A DNA stretch of 50,667 nucleotides from Girardia tigrina (taxonomy: Eukaryota): assembly GCA_001938485.1 (NCBI GenBank), contig MQRK01224578.1, positions 1-50,667 on the forward strand, in the 5' to 3' direction. Positions 1-12,591 of this stretch are shown here, one piece after another. Positions within the stretch are counted from its first letter, which is position 1. Each line of letters starts with the position of its first letter. A program made the translations under genes and the position numbers. The notes beneath the pieces were generated by a model, which was not told the DNA's origin, ran no database searches, and saw only the letters and a program-made list of their open reading frames with translations.

Positions 1-33
<33 letters not shown>
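1..33. repeat. (TA)n microsatellite
   Basis: Perfect TA run; others at about 7578-7608, 12441-12462, 12893-12919, 20736-20755 and 38936-38971, several abutting N-gaps. Confidence 0.95.
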
Positions 34-37
<4 letters not shown>

Positions 38-1199
38 TATTCCAGTAGAAAACATGTTTGTTATAAAAGTTTTTTTATAAATTATTGTTTCTTTTTTCTT
101 GCTTTCTTAATTTCTAGAATAAATTTTATGATGGTTGTCCAATTATCTTTCCTTTTAAATCACCAAATTTAATTATACTAAATGTTTATTTTAATAAAAT
201 AAAAGTTTTATAAAAAGATTTCAAGCTTTGTTTATATTTATCTCATGGACAGTTAACTTTTTCGTACCTATCACCGACATTTTCACCTCGATTGGTTGTA
301 AAATAGTCTTACCGCCAACCTGTTCTACAGTATTGACACTTCACAAAGTAGGAAGATTTAAACAATTTATAAAGTAGAGTTGAGGAAAATTGAAGCAGGC
401 AAATAAAATATTTTATTATACTAGAAAAATATAATTAACAACTTACTGCATTATAACAAAGTACCTTATTTACTTAGTATCGCACCTACATAGAAATATT
501 TTGACTGTTATTCCATTAAAGACATGAATTATGCTTTGTTTATTTAAACCGGACAAGGCTAATTCCAAACATGCATAAAAAATAAACGCAATTCGTAGTA
601 CCTTTCATATTAAGTTTCTGTAAGTTTTATATTCTATTGAACTCGAGCAATGTAAAAGGATTTTAAGTAGTAGTGTAAAACAATAATAGCAAACGATGTG
701 CTTTTAACTCTGTTTGTGTGATCTTTAGTACAAATGTATATTTATATGATTACAAAGATATTCATTATGTAAATTTCTTTTAAATCTTGGAAATAAAAAG
801 TATTAAATAGTTTTTACTGTCTTTTAATATTTCTTTCCTTGTAGATGTAACAAATTTTATATGCACATGCGATTTTGAAACATTTAAGCAAATGTTTCTG
901 TAAAAAACCTTAAATTTTATGGGGGTGACTATTAATTAGTCTCCTACTGTATATATTCTAATACGTTAAAGTATACTACTACATACACAAATACTATATT
1001 ATTCTATAGGAAAAAAGGAAATAAAAAAGAACATATGTGATTGACCTAAATTTTTTTCCTTTACATTTGTTTTCTATTTATATTATACAATAACTTTTTA
1101 ACATAAAATTTTCCATCAATTGGAAGATCTTTTATAGATAAATCTGTTTCTGCTATAATTTTGTAAAACTTGATTTACTAAGTTTTATGTCATGTAGAA

Positions 1200-2030
1200 T
1201 GATTAAAAAAAGACGACCATTCGAATCTTTTTACTTCACAACTGAAAAATATGTCTTACAGAGGCCACCGTGACTCGTTAAGTCCATAACGTTGAACACC
1301 AGAATACAGTGAAAAATGACAGCTTGAAGGTGGTTCAAGCATGGAGACGTCAGTCTTGAAGATAAAGAACGCCTAAGATGGCCATCGATGATATATCAAG
1401 AAGAACAAGTCGTCTTTGTGAAACAACACCCCATTTCCAGCACCTGAAGTTTTAAAGAAGAACACGGTTTTCCAAAAGTACGATTGCTCGTCATCTGCAC
1501 AATTTTGATTTTCTGTAGAGAAACTCTTTTCCAGTTTCCCACAACTTGACTGAAAACCAAGATAAGTATCTAAGTAACTGTCGCAAACACCTCATAAACT
1601 TTCGAAATAAGCTCTTTTGGAAGTGCATTGGAATTTGGAATGAAAAAGGAGTCTTTTTCTGAAAATTAGTGGCTGTTCCCTGGTAAGCCATATCAACATG
1701 TTGTCTTATCTGGTTGTTGTGTAAGGAAAATATTGTTATGCGTCCTTCTAAAACACAAAACAATCTACTCCATATTTAACAAAAGTACAGTAACAGTCAG
1801 GTTTTGAAGTCATGTCACACTCTGTATATGGCCATAACCTCACATCTTCCGATTTTCTCCTGTACTGCTCGTTGGTTCATTTTTTTCGTGAGCACCAGTT
1901 CACATGTGAGGACAATGTGAGAACTCTAATTTCTTTGCCTTGAAATCGCATGAAGTTGGCTTCAAGTGATAGAAAACAATGGATTTTACTTTGAGGAAGT
2001 AATAATATTGATGTTATTGACCGAAAACCT
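1200..2030 (+). mobile_element. Highly decayed mariner transposase remnant
   Basis: Broken frames give KSTIARHLH..., VSHNLTENQ (cf. WVPHEL) and ..YGHNLTSSDF (cf. YSPDLAPSDF); boundaries approximate. Confidence 0.55.
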
Positions 2031-2267
2031 TGTGAACGCAAGTTTAATATTTTGTAAATATGTTTTGATTAAAGCTTCTTTTATATAATTGCTAGACATG
2101 CTTCGATGTTACATACGTCAATTTAGTATTGTAAATTTAGTATTTGAATACTTGAATATTTAAATATTTGAATTGTTTTAGTAATACGATTTTAAAAAGG
2201 TATATTAATTTTAAATGGAAAATTTTTCAGTAAATATTAAATATTAAATTTCAAATTATTGTTGATG
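2030..2267. mobile_element. Inverted pair of Penelope-like pseudo-LTR fragments
   Basis: 2030-2120 is the reverse complement of the pLTR at 12340-12440; 2250-2267 begins a + copy that continues at 7511 after the Gypsy insertion. Confidence 0.7.
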
Positions 2268-2891
2268 AGTTATGAATTTCGACTCCATTAAGACAATTCG
2301 AAATTTATTAATATAACAAAAATAGTTAATTTAAACATACCTTTATTAATAATTCGTATTTTATTAATATTTCCATAACTTCCCCTACTGGTATTTGAGG
2401 TTCATTTCTTCTTGAGTCAATCATTTCGTCTTCCTATCCGTCTACCATCTGCTCGATTCTGCAATTCTAGTTAATGAGGTTATATATATTTTATAATTTC
2501 ATATGGGCCTTCAAATCGGAACACATCTTTTTTTATTCTTGAGGCTCTATCTTTACCATAACCTGTTGACCATCTTCGAAATTTCTCTTTGTTCTCTTCT
2601 CTCTCTCCCACTGTTCCATATGGTTTGCTGCTCTTTCCACATTTTCTTTCACCATCTTTTTAATATCTTCTCCATTTTCTGTCAGTGACACTCCTCCAGC
2701 CGCGTAAAAATTTATTTTCCGTTTAAAAACAATTTCAAACGGGGAAAATCCGGTTGTACTTTGTACCGCCTCATTAAGCGAAAACTCAATTTTGGGACTT
2801 ATTTCCAACGACATCTATTTAACCTTCTCTCCATTGGTTGTCACTAGCATATCTCTCACTGTCCGAATATATCGTTCTGTGAGTCCATTGG

Positions 2892-3764
2892 TGAACGTTC
2901 AACGATCTTCTTAGCGAAGTTGCCGCACCCTATCCCTAGAGATGCCGAATTTGCTCCGAGATAAAATTTGCTCGTTTCTAATCTTCAGTGAGCAAAAGCG
3001 CTCAGACTCCCGCCACAACTCTGCATCGCGACTCCACCTTCCCAACTCATCTATGTATAGCACCCAATCATCAATTATGATCCTTAAGAGGATACTATTT
3101 CTTTCGCAATTTTTTGTACAATGACCAAGTTTGAAATCATTGATACAATTCTTGATAATGTCTGTTTTAAATTCCCCAATGGACGTCAAGGCAAGCAATA
3201 AGATTTTCAGTATCCTTAAACAATCGGTGATTTGGAAACAGATAGGCTGTATGTTCATCTGGACTAAGTCCTAGGAAAAGAGCATCGAATTGTGGAATAT
3301 CCGTTGAATTTCCACTGTTGGACTTGAAAAATTGTTTAATGTCAGAAAAAAAATCATTCGAAGAATATTCCAAATTCAAAGACAAATTTATCCTGTGAAC
3401 ATTCTCCAAAGACGTCCTGCGCTTCGATTTCGTTGGATAAGATACAGTTCTCATTTATTTTATTTTTACTTTTAACAATGATAATAAAAGCCAATACAAA
3501 AATCCATATTGATTAGTAATTTTTTTATTATGAAAACTCAATAATAAATAATACATTAAAACAAGGCCATTCATAATACAATTTTTAACTTACATTTTTC
3601 TATTTACAATAAGTTAATAAATTAAATCTAAATAATTTACATATAAAATTTCAAACTATTAAATTTTTTACATAATTTAATATAAAACAAAAAGCAAAAC
3701 GGCTTGGTTTCGACGGAATTCCATAACCAACTCATAAAAACAATTCTTGCTCGATTCTCGAACA
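2892..3764 (-). mobile_element. 873-bp solo LTR inserted in the Gypsy integrase
   Basis: Termini TGTT...TTCA; exact 5-bp TSD ATTGG at 2887-2891 and 3765-3769; removing it restores the integrase motif HHQSNGLTER. Confidence 0.85.
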
Positions 3765-4910
3765 ATTGGATTGATGGTGGAATGGACTACTACACAGATG
3801 TTCAATCTCATGTTTTTGACAGAATTCCTTGAACTTCGTACCCGTAAAACATGTTCCATTACCTGTTAAAATTCGTTTCTGTTTACCAAATCTATAAATC
3901 CATTTAACCAGAATACATCAAATTACAATATCTTCAGATTGCGTTCTGATTTCCGTCAAACTCACTAATTTAGAGAATTAATCCACTATCACTAACAAAT
4001 ACGGATAACTTGAATTTTTATTTCCAATGAAAGCAATATATATCACCAACTGTTCTCAAAAATCATCACATTTAATTGGAATGAATTTTTCTTTTGTTTT
4101 CTCTGTTATTGCCTTCCTAAGATGGCATTTGTCACATTCCCCAATTACTGTTTTCATTTCCTTCACCAATTCTGGAACAAAAAAATGATACATTATATAC
4201 CGTTTTGTTTTTTTTATACCAAAATGACACAAATCAACATGAATTCTTTTCACACACTCTTTTCTTATACTTTTCGGAACTAACGGTAAAACATAATTCC
4301 CCTCTAACCGCCTAACTAATCCTTCTTTTACAATCAAGCCCTTCCTCTTGTCCTAAATCATCAGACCCCTGATATGGGTCCTCGCGAGTCTTCTCTAGTA
4401 TTCTTTTCCATTTTCCAATATCCTCGCATTTATCCTGTTCCTTTTTGATCAAAGTCAACGTCGATTGAATCGCTACTGAATTGATATGTTTCACTTTGGC
4501 TTTCTTACTTTTTGGATCTTCATACTTAATTTGGCACTGCGAACATTCCTCCTCATATAATCGTGATACTGCATCCACATTCCCATGATTCTCACCTTTT
4601 CGATATTCCAGCTTGAAATCGAACTCTGCCATGTTATCCAGTCAAGTCTGAAATTGAAGAGTTATTGGTTTTGATGATATTTTAATATATATCATATATT
4701 CTTCTAATGCCAGCAGCTCTTTCCTGGTCACACAATATCCTTTTTCGAATGTCGATAGTGTTCTCAATGCATATGCTATCACTTTTTCATCGTTGCCTTC
4801 CTTCTGGCTTAACACTGCTCCAAATGCAGCAAATGAGGCATCCGTATTCAGAATAAAATCTTTAAATGAGTCCATAAATTTCAGTGCCGGTGTTTCACAT
4901 AGTTTACTCT

Positions 4911-5876
4911 TTAACTCATTAAAACTCTTATCACATTATTGGGACTAAAACATCTCCTTGCATACCCCTTTTCCTGCATTATACAACGGTGCAGCAATTT
5001 GCGCAAAGTCATAATGAACTTTCGGTAATAATTTGCCAGTCCTAGGAAAGCTCTTAAATTCTTTGTACATTTTGGAATCGGAAAATTCTGAACTTCTTCT
5101 ACTTTTCGTTTCTTTGTCGATAATCCCATTTGATTTATTGTGTGTCCTAAAAACACCAACTCTGTAACACCAAATTTGCATTTTTCTGGGTTTATTTTGA
5201 AACCCACTTTTCTTAATCTGTTCATTACTTCCTCCAGTAATTTCACACGTTTTAACCAAGATTTCGAATAAATGAGAACTTCATCCAAGTAAATAACCAC
5301 TCCTGAAAACAATAAATCATCAAACAATAAACTCATCAACTTTTGAAACGTTCCCGGAGCGGTAGATAACCCAAATGGAACTCTGTTAAAACAATATTGT
5401 TGTTTCTTATTACAAAACTCTGTTTTCTCTTGCAAGTCCACATCCAATGCGACTTGATGATAAGCTTTACCCAAGTCCATACTCGAGAACACTCGTGATC
5501 CATGAATAGCATCAAATAACATCTGACTATCCGATATCGGAAATGAAACCTTCTTAGCCACTTCATTTAACTTTCTAAAATCCAGACACATCCAGATTCG
5601 ACCATCCTTCTTTGGAATAACCACCAATGGTGAATTCCAATCGCTTTTACATTTTCTAATAATACCCGCGATTTCCAATTGATGCAACAGATCTTTGACT
5701 TTCTTTTCCAAGTGCATAGATTGCCTTCTGGGGTTCAAAAATATTGGTTTACTATCCGTCTCAATTCTGTGAACTACCGCCTCTGTAAATCCTAGATCAT
5801 ATTCATGTTTCATGAATACATCTTCATATCGAACCACGACTTCTTCTAACTCTTTACACACTTTTGAGGCTTTCAT
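4911..5876 (-). pseudogene. Gypsy reverse transcriptase domain (disrupted pol)
   Basis: SDWNSPLVVIPKKDG, CLDFRKLN, PFGLSTAPGTFQ, YLDEVLIYS, FLGLANYYRKFI. Confidence 0.95.
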
Positions 5877-7510
5877 ATTATCTCCAACATATTTGAATTT
5901 CTGCCTTTTTCTTCATGGTATTCTTTTTTAATTAATTTTAGTTTAAATTTCTTGATTACTCCAATAACCTCTTGTCTAATCTCGTTAACTACCACTAATT
6001 CAACCTTCTGCGACTCCGACTTCCACTCTAAAACAACTATTATTTTACCTAAACATGACCTTTTGAAAAAACTCAGTTCAAAATAATCTCACGTGGAACC
6101 ATTTTTGGCTGCCCAATCTTTTTCCATCCTATCTCACTAATTACTGATACACCCGCACCACTGTTCCAAAGCATCGACATCACGTGACCTCTGATTCGCA
6201 CTTCACTCTACCATCTTCCATCCGTGCCGACCTTCATATCCGCATTCCGTTTTTCTTTCGCATTTATATCGATTCCACTGACGAAATGCTCACAATGGAA
6301 CCGTTGGCATTTAAATCTTCCTCGGAATTTTCTCCTTGAATTTCCCGACCTTCTTTCTGTGTTTCTCTGATGCATATTGGATTCAACTCTCGTATCTGGT
6401 AACACTGACGGAAACCATGTCCACTCTTTCCACATATTAAACAAACATCACTCAACAGGAAATTTCTTCTGGTATGTCCATGTTTTCCACAACAATAACA
6501 ATCTCCTTTCGATAAAATTTCTTCCTCCGGCTGTGGGAGTCCCTTTACTCGGCAGTACAATTTCTTTGTTTGATACTACGCTGATTGAACTCGTGTTACA
6601 ACTTGTTGTGACGGTTCGGAGACCATAATCGATTGACATCCCCCAGTTATCCCCGGTCGCCTATTGAACTGTTCTATAGGCTGTCAGTCTGTAGTTTCTT
6701 TGAATTTGGACTGACCGTTTCTGAATTTCTGAAAAGATACTAGATCCTTGTATTACTTTCTTTTCAGAATTACTTCTGCAAATGATCGCTTTCTCGTCAT
6801 CACATCAACCTATTCTTCTCTTGCCATATTATTTTCATAAATTCTCGCTTTATCCCGCATCTCTTCGATCCGCATTCTCGGTTTGAATACAAACATCTCC
6901 TTCAGCCCTGGGGTCGTCTTCTTTTTCGTAATAACTCTTCCACAATTTCGTCTTTACTCCGTCCCTGTAACTTTTCCACAGCTTATCTGACTCTCAGTTT
7001 GAAAACTAAAAATTTCTCATTTTCTTTCTGTTCAATATTACTTACCGCTTCAAGATCTTCTAATTCTGAGCTCTTCTTTGTATACATCTTCATAAACCAC
7101 TGCTTGGCCTCCTCATCTGACACCGCTTTCCTATCTTCTTTGAAATTTTGCCACCGAGTCTCCGCCTGCTTTGTCAACATACCGTCGAACAATGTTGTGA
7201 ATGACATTCCCATACCTTGAGTCCATCGGCACATATCTGCAAACCAGCATCCTGCTTCTTTCGTAGAATTTCCATTGAAAGGCCTCAGTTTCTTGTCGAT
7301 CGCATCGGTTAATGTTCTCGGAAGTTCCAATATCGGTACTGATTTGATGATTTTAACTCCATTTCGTGGCGGTTCTTCCACTTTGGCATGGTAGCCAGTT
7401 ATGAAATTCGACTATATTAAGACAATACAAAATTTATTAATATAACACAAATAGTTAATTTAAACAAACCTTTATTAATAATTTTCTATTTTATTAATAT
7501 TTCCATAACT

Positions 7511-7573
7511 ATGTATGTAAGCATCGAAACATGTTTAATAATTATATAAAATAAGCTTTGATCAAATTATATT

Positions 7574-7577
<4 letters not shown>
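7511..7577 (+). mobile_element. 3' part of a Penelope-like pLTR (hammerhead 3' half) ending at (TA)n
   Basis: ATGTATGTAAGCATCGAAACATGTTTAATAATTATATAAAATAAGCTTTGATCAAATTATATTTT matches about 12354-12420. Confidence 0.8.
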
Positions 7578-7611
<34 letters not shown>

Positions 7612-7638
7612 ATACACTTCCTATAAAAATTTTCTCGT

Positions 7639-9470
7639 TGTTAAGAAAACTCATACATTTGATAGATCATTTATTACATTGACAAGTTTGATAATCTCCA
7701 TGACAATCACTATTATCGCTCGCACTTAAATCCATCGATCAATGTTTAATACTTATCATTACAATCTGAACTAACTTGAAGAAAATAATTTTATTTAAAT
7801 TATTTAATTTTAATTTTATAGGGTAAAATAAAATTACTTTTTATAATCATTTTTAAACATTATTTGGATTTTAATTATTTAAAAATTTACAAAAATAAAA
7901 TCAATCACATTATTTAAAAGTTACAATAATAAAAATTAAAAATTTGAATATTAAATCTAAATTTAAATAAATTAGTTTCAGATTATAAGAATTAAAATAT
8001 TAATCATCCATCAGATTAAGAGAGGCACAATCCCAAATCAACACACAACATTCAAACATGCAAACGCTACACGAAAACATCAACACACCAAATATTCCTC
8101 ACATCCACCTCGATTCAAATGGCTTTAGTCATTTCACATTTCTGATCAAAATTCTACCATTTTCAAACTCCAATTCATAACTTCCTTCATGTCTTCTGCT
8201 TTTTACTGTGACTGGATCCAGATATCGATTTTCTTCCTTTGTAACATTTTCTTTTTTTATCAACATTTTATCCCCTGTATGAAATATTCGTTTTTTTTCA
8301 TCACATTTTCGCTTTTTTTCTTAACACAACTCTGTTTCTTGGTATCTTTCCACCAATGTCTTAGCTTCCCACCAAATATCATTTCTGCTGGGGAGATACC
8401 TGTGGTAGCTTGAATTGTGCTGTTCATCATAAATTCTACTTCTGGCAAAATTTCCTACCAATCTTTGTGGATTTGATCTTTTATCTTTATGTTCATAACA
8501 TCTCTAATTATTCTAAATTGTCTTTCAATGATGCCATTGGTATTGTGATGATAAGGACTGGAGTAAATTATTTCTACTTTAAATTTCTTCAGTGTGTCTT
8601 TGAAGAGTGTCGATTCGAATACCTTACCTCTATCCACATGGATTTCTTTTGGAGGTCCGAATTTCCAAATCTATTTTTCCAGTAGTACCTTCCGTGCAGT
8701 TTTCTCATCTTGATGAATTACAGCAGTCAGACTAATATACCTGCTAAATTGATCAATTATAGCTAATATATATTGATATCCATTTAAAGTCATTTTAAAT
8801 GGTCCGCAATAATCCATATACAGCTTTTGAAATGGCTCATCAGCGAATTTTTTAATATAACTTTCTTTCATTTTCGTTGTTAAAGTCTTTCTCTTTTGAC
8901 AGTTTATGCAACATTTTACAATTTCCTAAATTATCTCTCTCATATTAACTATATCAAAATCATCTTTCAAATAGTAATAAACATTTTTACTACGAGCATG
9001 GCACAGCACCTTGTGAGCTTCTTCCACGAATTCTGTCCTTGTGGTTCTCGGAATTCAATATTTGTTATCTATTGTTATCACAATATTGTCTTTAAGCATT
9101 TATTTCTTTGTTCTTTCCATTCTAATATCTTCTCTGATCTGATTTATTTCGTCATTATTTTTCTGCCATTTGAACTCTTTTGATTCTTCATCTAAAGTCA
9201 AGATTCGTGCTTTAATCTTTCCTTTCTTAGCTTCTTCGTGCATTGTTTGACACTGACTACATAATTCACAAAAAATTATCGATATTGCATCTGCATTTGA
9301 CTGTTTTCCTCCTTTCCGATATTCCATTCTCATATCCACTACTAAAAAAATTATTCACTGTTGAAATTGCGGTGTTATTAGATTTTTGTATTCAGCATAA
9401 AGGTAATAGCCTTATGATCAGTTCTTACTAAAAATCTTTTACCGTATAAGAAGTGTTTAAAATTTTGCGT
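7639..9470 (-). mobile_element. 5'-truncated Gypsy element: RNase H-integrase remnant, PPT and 3' LTR (7639-8103)
   Basis: MDYCGPF, IIDQFSRY, SSPYHHNTNGIIER, TTGISPAEMIFG; PPT GAGGTGGA precedes the LTR start TGTGAGGAA. Confidence 0.88.
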
Positions 9471-9529
9471 TATTTTACTTTATTTTGCTCATTTTGAATA
9501 CTAATAAATGAGTTTTAATTAAGGAGTCT

Positions 9530-9956
9530 TATTAAGAACACTAATTGGATGTTTAATACATTTATTTGTATCACAACTTGAATCGCCATTAAAACAATTC
9601 TCTATAAAACTTTCATAGCTAGTCATCGTTCTTAATTGATAATTTTAATTCTATTTCTAAATGAATTATTATTTAAAATAAATTTAAATTACAATTTATT
9701 TATAATTTGATTTCAAAATAATTTATAATATAAATTACAGAAATAATTTTAATTATTTTAAAAAATGTGCTAAATGCATTATTTATTGATATTTAAATTT
9801 AATTTTAAAGTTAGTTATTTAAATTTTCAAATTGAATAAATACTTCGACGTTTTAAAATATTTTAAGTATCAATCTATCATCTGGGTGGGAGAAACACAT
9901 CCTAAAACAACACATTAAACAACATACAATAAATACCATTCAAAATATTTCTCACA
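9530..9956 (-). mobile_element. Solo LTR, TGTGAG family (427 bp, TG..TA ends)
   Basis: Exact 5-bp TSD AGTCT on both sides; shares the TTTCTCCCACCCAGATG core with other copies. Confidence 0.9.
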
Positions 9957-11199
9957 AGTCTGATACTCATTAAATGATTCTAATTAATTAAGATAAAATC
10001 ATTCTGTAGAACAAAAAACATCATATTTAGAACACAAATATGATTTTCAACATTTTTACTATCACAAATCGATTTTTCTCTGGGATAAATCTCGTAGATG
10101 AAGGATATACAGAATCTTCGAACCCGATTGCGATATACTATGTGTCACTGCCTCTTAACGGTACCGCGGAGACGGACTCAGGAGTCATTCCAAGGGTGTT
10201 TCTCGTCTTTCGGTTAGGTAATACGGCAAATTTGGGGATATTTTAGTGTCATTTGTACAAAATGTGTTTACACAGGCAAAGTTCTACAGAATCACGGTAC
10301 GAGGGATAATGACAGGTCCTTTCTGATTGGGAAACCGAAGCGCGCTCGTGCACTGAAAGATCGTATTCTTGCATCTATAGCCGTGCGAGAAAGTCAATAG
10401 GCTCTGTATTGTCTATTTATGATTTCTACCCGATACAGAGTCTATGGCTCACTTCTCTGTACGCCAATACTGGTACTGTAGTCCCTACGATAAGCAGTTA
10501 TCCATCCACTCGGGGGAGGCTTATATCTTAAATTTTACTTTAAAATTATTTAAATGATTTTCATTTAAAACATTTAATCAAACCGTTTTAAAAATTTATT
10601 TTAAACATTTTATTGTAACTAAAAAGATAATTTCCTTTCAACCTTAGATTCAACCATACATTAGTTTTCTGTTTTTCAGAAAGGTTTTCATTTCGATTTC
10701 GATCAACCATTCTGTATATCCCTATTTAAAAATAAATAGGAAACATTTTAATTGGGTTAATTTATTGTTTGACTTACCACTTATTTTGACACTTAGTAAT
10801 TTATAATAAGATTATAAGTGCTTCTACTACAATTTTCATTTCAATTTTTTATTATTGGCTTTCAAAGTTAATTTTATTGTTATATTTCAATTTTAAATCC
10901 TCAATATCAGTTAGTTTAAAATCTTAAAATAAGGTTTTATATTATTAATTGAGATTATAGGTTTAATTGACGTTGAAACAGGAAATTAAGTAATACAACT
11001 CCGAATGATTTCTGACAGTAAGAAAATCATAATTTCTTGAAATTATAAAATGAATTGTCAATTATTTGAACAAATATATATTCCGTTTTCCCTTAAAAAT
11101 CGTTTTATGAAAATTATTTTCCTGGGAAAAAAGAAATGGCAATCATAACATAAAAATCATTAAATTTGTTCCCTAATTAGTTCTGCTAATTAGTTTTTC

Positions 11200-12440
11200 A
11201 TTAGCACCAACTTTGGTATCAATATTTATGAAGTCACTTGAGGATAAAATGAATGCATACCCTGGTGAAAAACTTGTGTTGTACAAGAGATATGTAGATG
11301 ATGTCTTTTAGGTTTTCTGAAATCAATCCCTCATAGAACCATTCCTAACATTCATGAATGGTCTTCATCCGAATATTAAATTTACCACAGAATTGGAAGT
11401 AGATAATAAAGTTCCCTTTCTCGACATTCTTGTCACTAGAATGAATGGAAGCTATAAAACTGAATTATTCAGAATGGCAACAGTTATAGGTCTTTACACA
11501 ACACCACAGAGTTTTTGTGAGGAAAAATACAGAGAGGGTATGATCAAAGGGCTTGTTCACAGAGTTTGGAATTTGTCGTCCAGTTTTGAAATTGCAAATC
11601 AGGGTTTAAATATTCTTAGAAGGCGCTTGAGGGACAATATGTATACAAACAAGCAAATCGAACACAACATTAGGGTAACATTAGACAAATTATGTACAGA
11701 TGCACGAGTTAAAAAACAATTAAAAAAAAAATACTGAGGAATACAAACAAATCATTAAAATTCCATATTCTGAAGGATTTAGAGCGTTTAAGAAGAGTAT
11801 TTGTAGATCAATAAGTAGTGTTAAAGTAGTCTCTGTCACATCCAAAGTTCAAAGTTTCCTCTCAAACAAATCGAAAACAGTTTGTGATTTGCAAGCTAAT
11901 CTGGTATATAAATTTAATTGTCACGGANNNNNNNNNNNNNNNNNNNNNNNNNNNNNNNNNNNNNNNNNNNNNNNNNNNNNNNNNNNNNNNAGTCGATCGA
12001 GTAAGGTTCTTGATCATTGGTTATGTTGTAAGGATAGAACCTCATCCATTTCAAAAGATGAGTTTTCTGTTTTACAAAATGGTTTTGATTCACATTACGA
12101 ACGACAGTTGTGTGAATCTCTACTAATAAGACACTACAACCCATCAATCAACATTCAGAATGAGCAAAGTAAGGTTATTTCAATACTTAAAATTTTTAAT
12201 TAAAATATTTTTTGCCATTATTACCCAATAATATTTTCATAAATAAAAATATAAAATCCTTAATATACCTTTTAAAGTAAATGTATCTATTAAAATTATG
12301 TTATTCAAACAATTCTATATTCATATTCTAAACATCCAAAAATTGTTGATGATGATGTATGTAAACATCGAAAAATGTCCAATAATTATATAAAAAAAGC
12401 TTTAATCAAATTATATTTTCGAAATACTAAACTTGCGTTG
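11200..12440 (+). mobile_element. Penelope-like retroelement 3' half: RT, GIY-YIG endonuclease and pLTR
   Basis: YKRYVDDVF; HPNIKFTTELEVDNKVPFLDILV (11354-11737); NLVYKFNC...ERQLCESLLIRHYNPSINIQ (11889-12203); disrupted, with a gap at 11928-11990. Confidence 0.9.
12342..12383 (+). ncRNA. Minimal type I hammerhead ribozyme motif (degenerate, C3>U)
   Basis: ATTG-TTGATGA-T-GATGT atgtaa ACATC-GAAA-aatg-TC-CAAT. Confidence 0.7.
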
Positions 12441-12526
12441 TATATTATATATATATATATTATTGAGTCTTGTGAACGCAAGTTTAGTATTTCGAAAATA
12501 TAATTTTTAATTTTTTTTATACAACT

Positions 12527-12568
12527 ATTGGACATGTTTTGGTGTTTATATACATCATCATCAGCAAT
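12527..12568 (-). ncRNA. Minimal type I hammerhead ribozyme motif (degenerate, G12>A)
   Basis: ATTG-CTGATGA-T-GATGT atataa ACACC-AAAA-CATG-TC-CAAT in the inverted pLTR copy (about 12470-12700). Confidence 0.7.
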
Positions 12569-12591
12569 TTTCTATTGAATTGTTTGAATAA

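Larger units (their letters stand above)
2268..7510 (-). mobile_element. Full-length decayed Gypsy/Ty3 LTR retrotransposon with very short (113-114 bp) AGTTATG..CATAACT LTRs
   Basis: LTRs at 2268-2380 and 7397-7510; PBS-like TGGCTACC overlaps the 5' LTR end; PPT AGTAGGGGA; gag 7381-6983, two CCHC knuckles 6560-6264, protease (MLWNSGA), RT 5876-4911 (YLDE), RNase H (TDAS), integrase split at 2892-3764; many frameshifts. Confidence 0.93.

Noticed and set aside
10323-10348. CTGATTG-GGAAACC-GAAG-CGCG as a hammerhead
   Set aside because: G8, A9 and A15.1 all deviate and no adjacent stem I forms
10434-10486. Group I intron R/S-like words CAGAGTCTA and TAGTCC
   Set aside because: P7 is mismatched, J8/7 is too short, no P/Q elements, and the R-like word sits in a long hairpin
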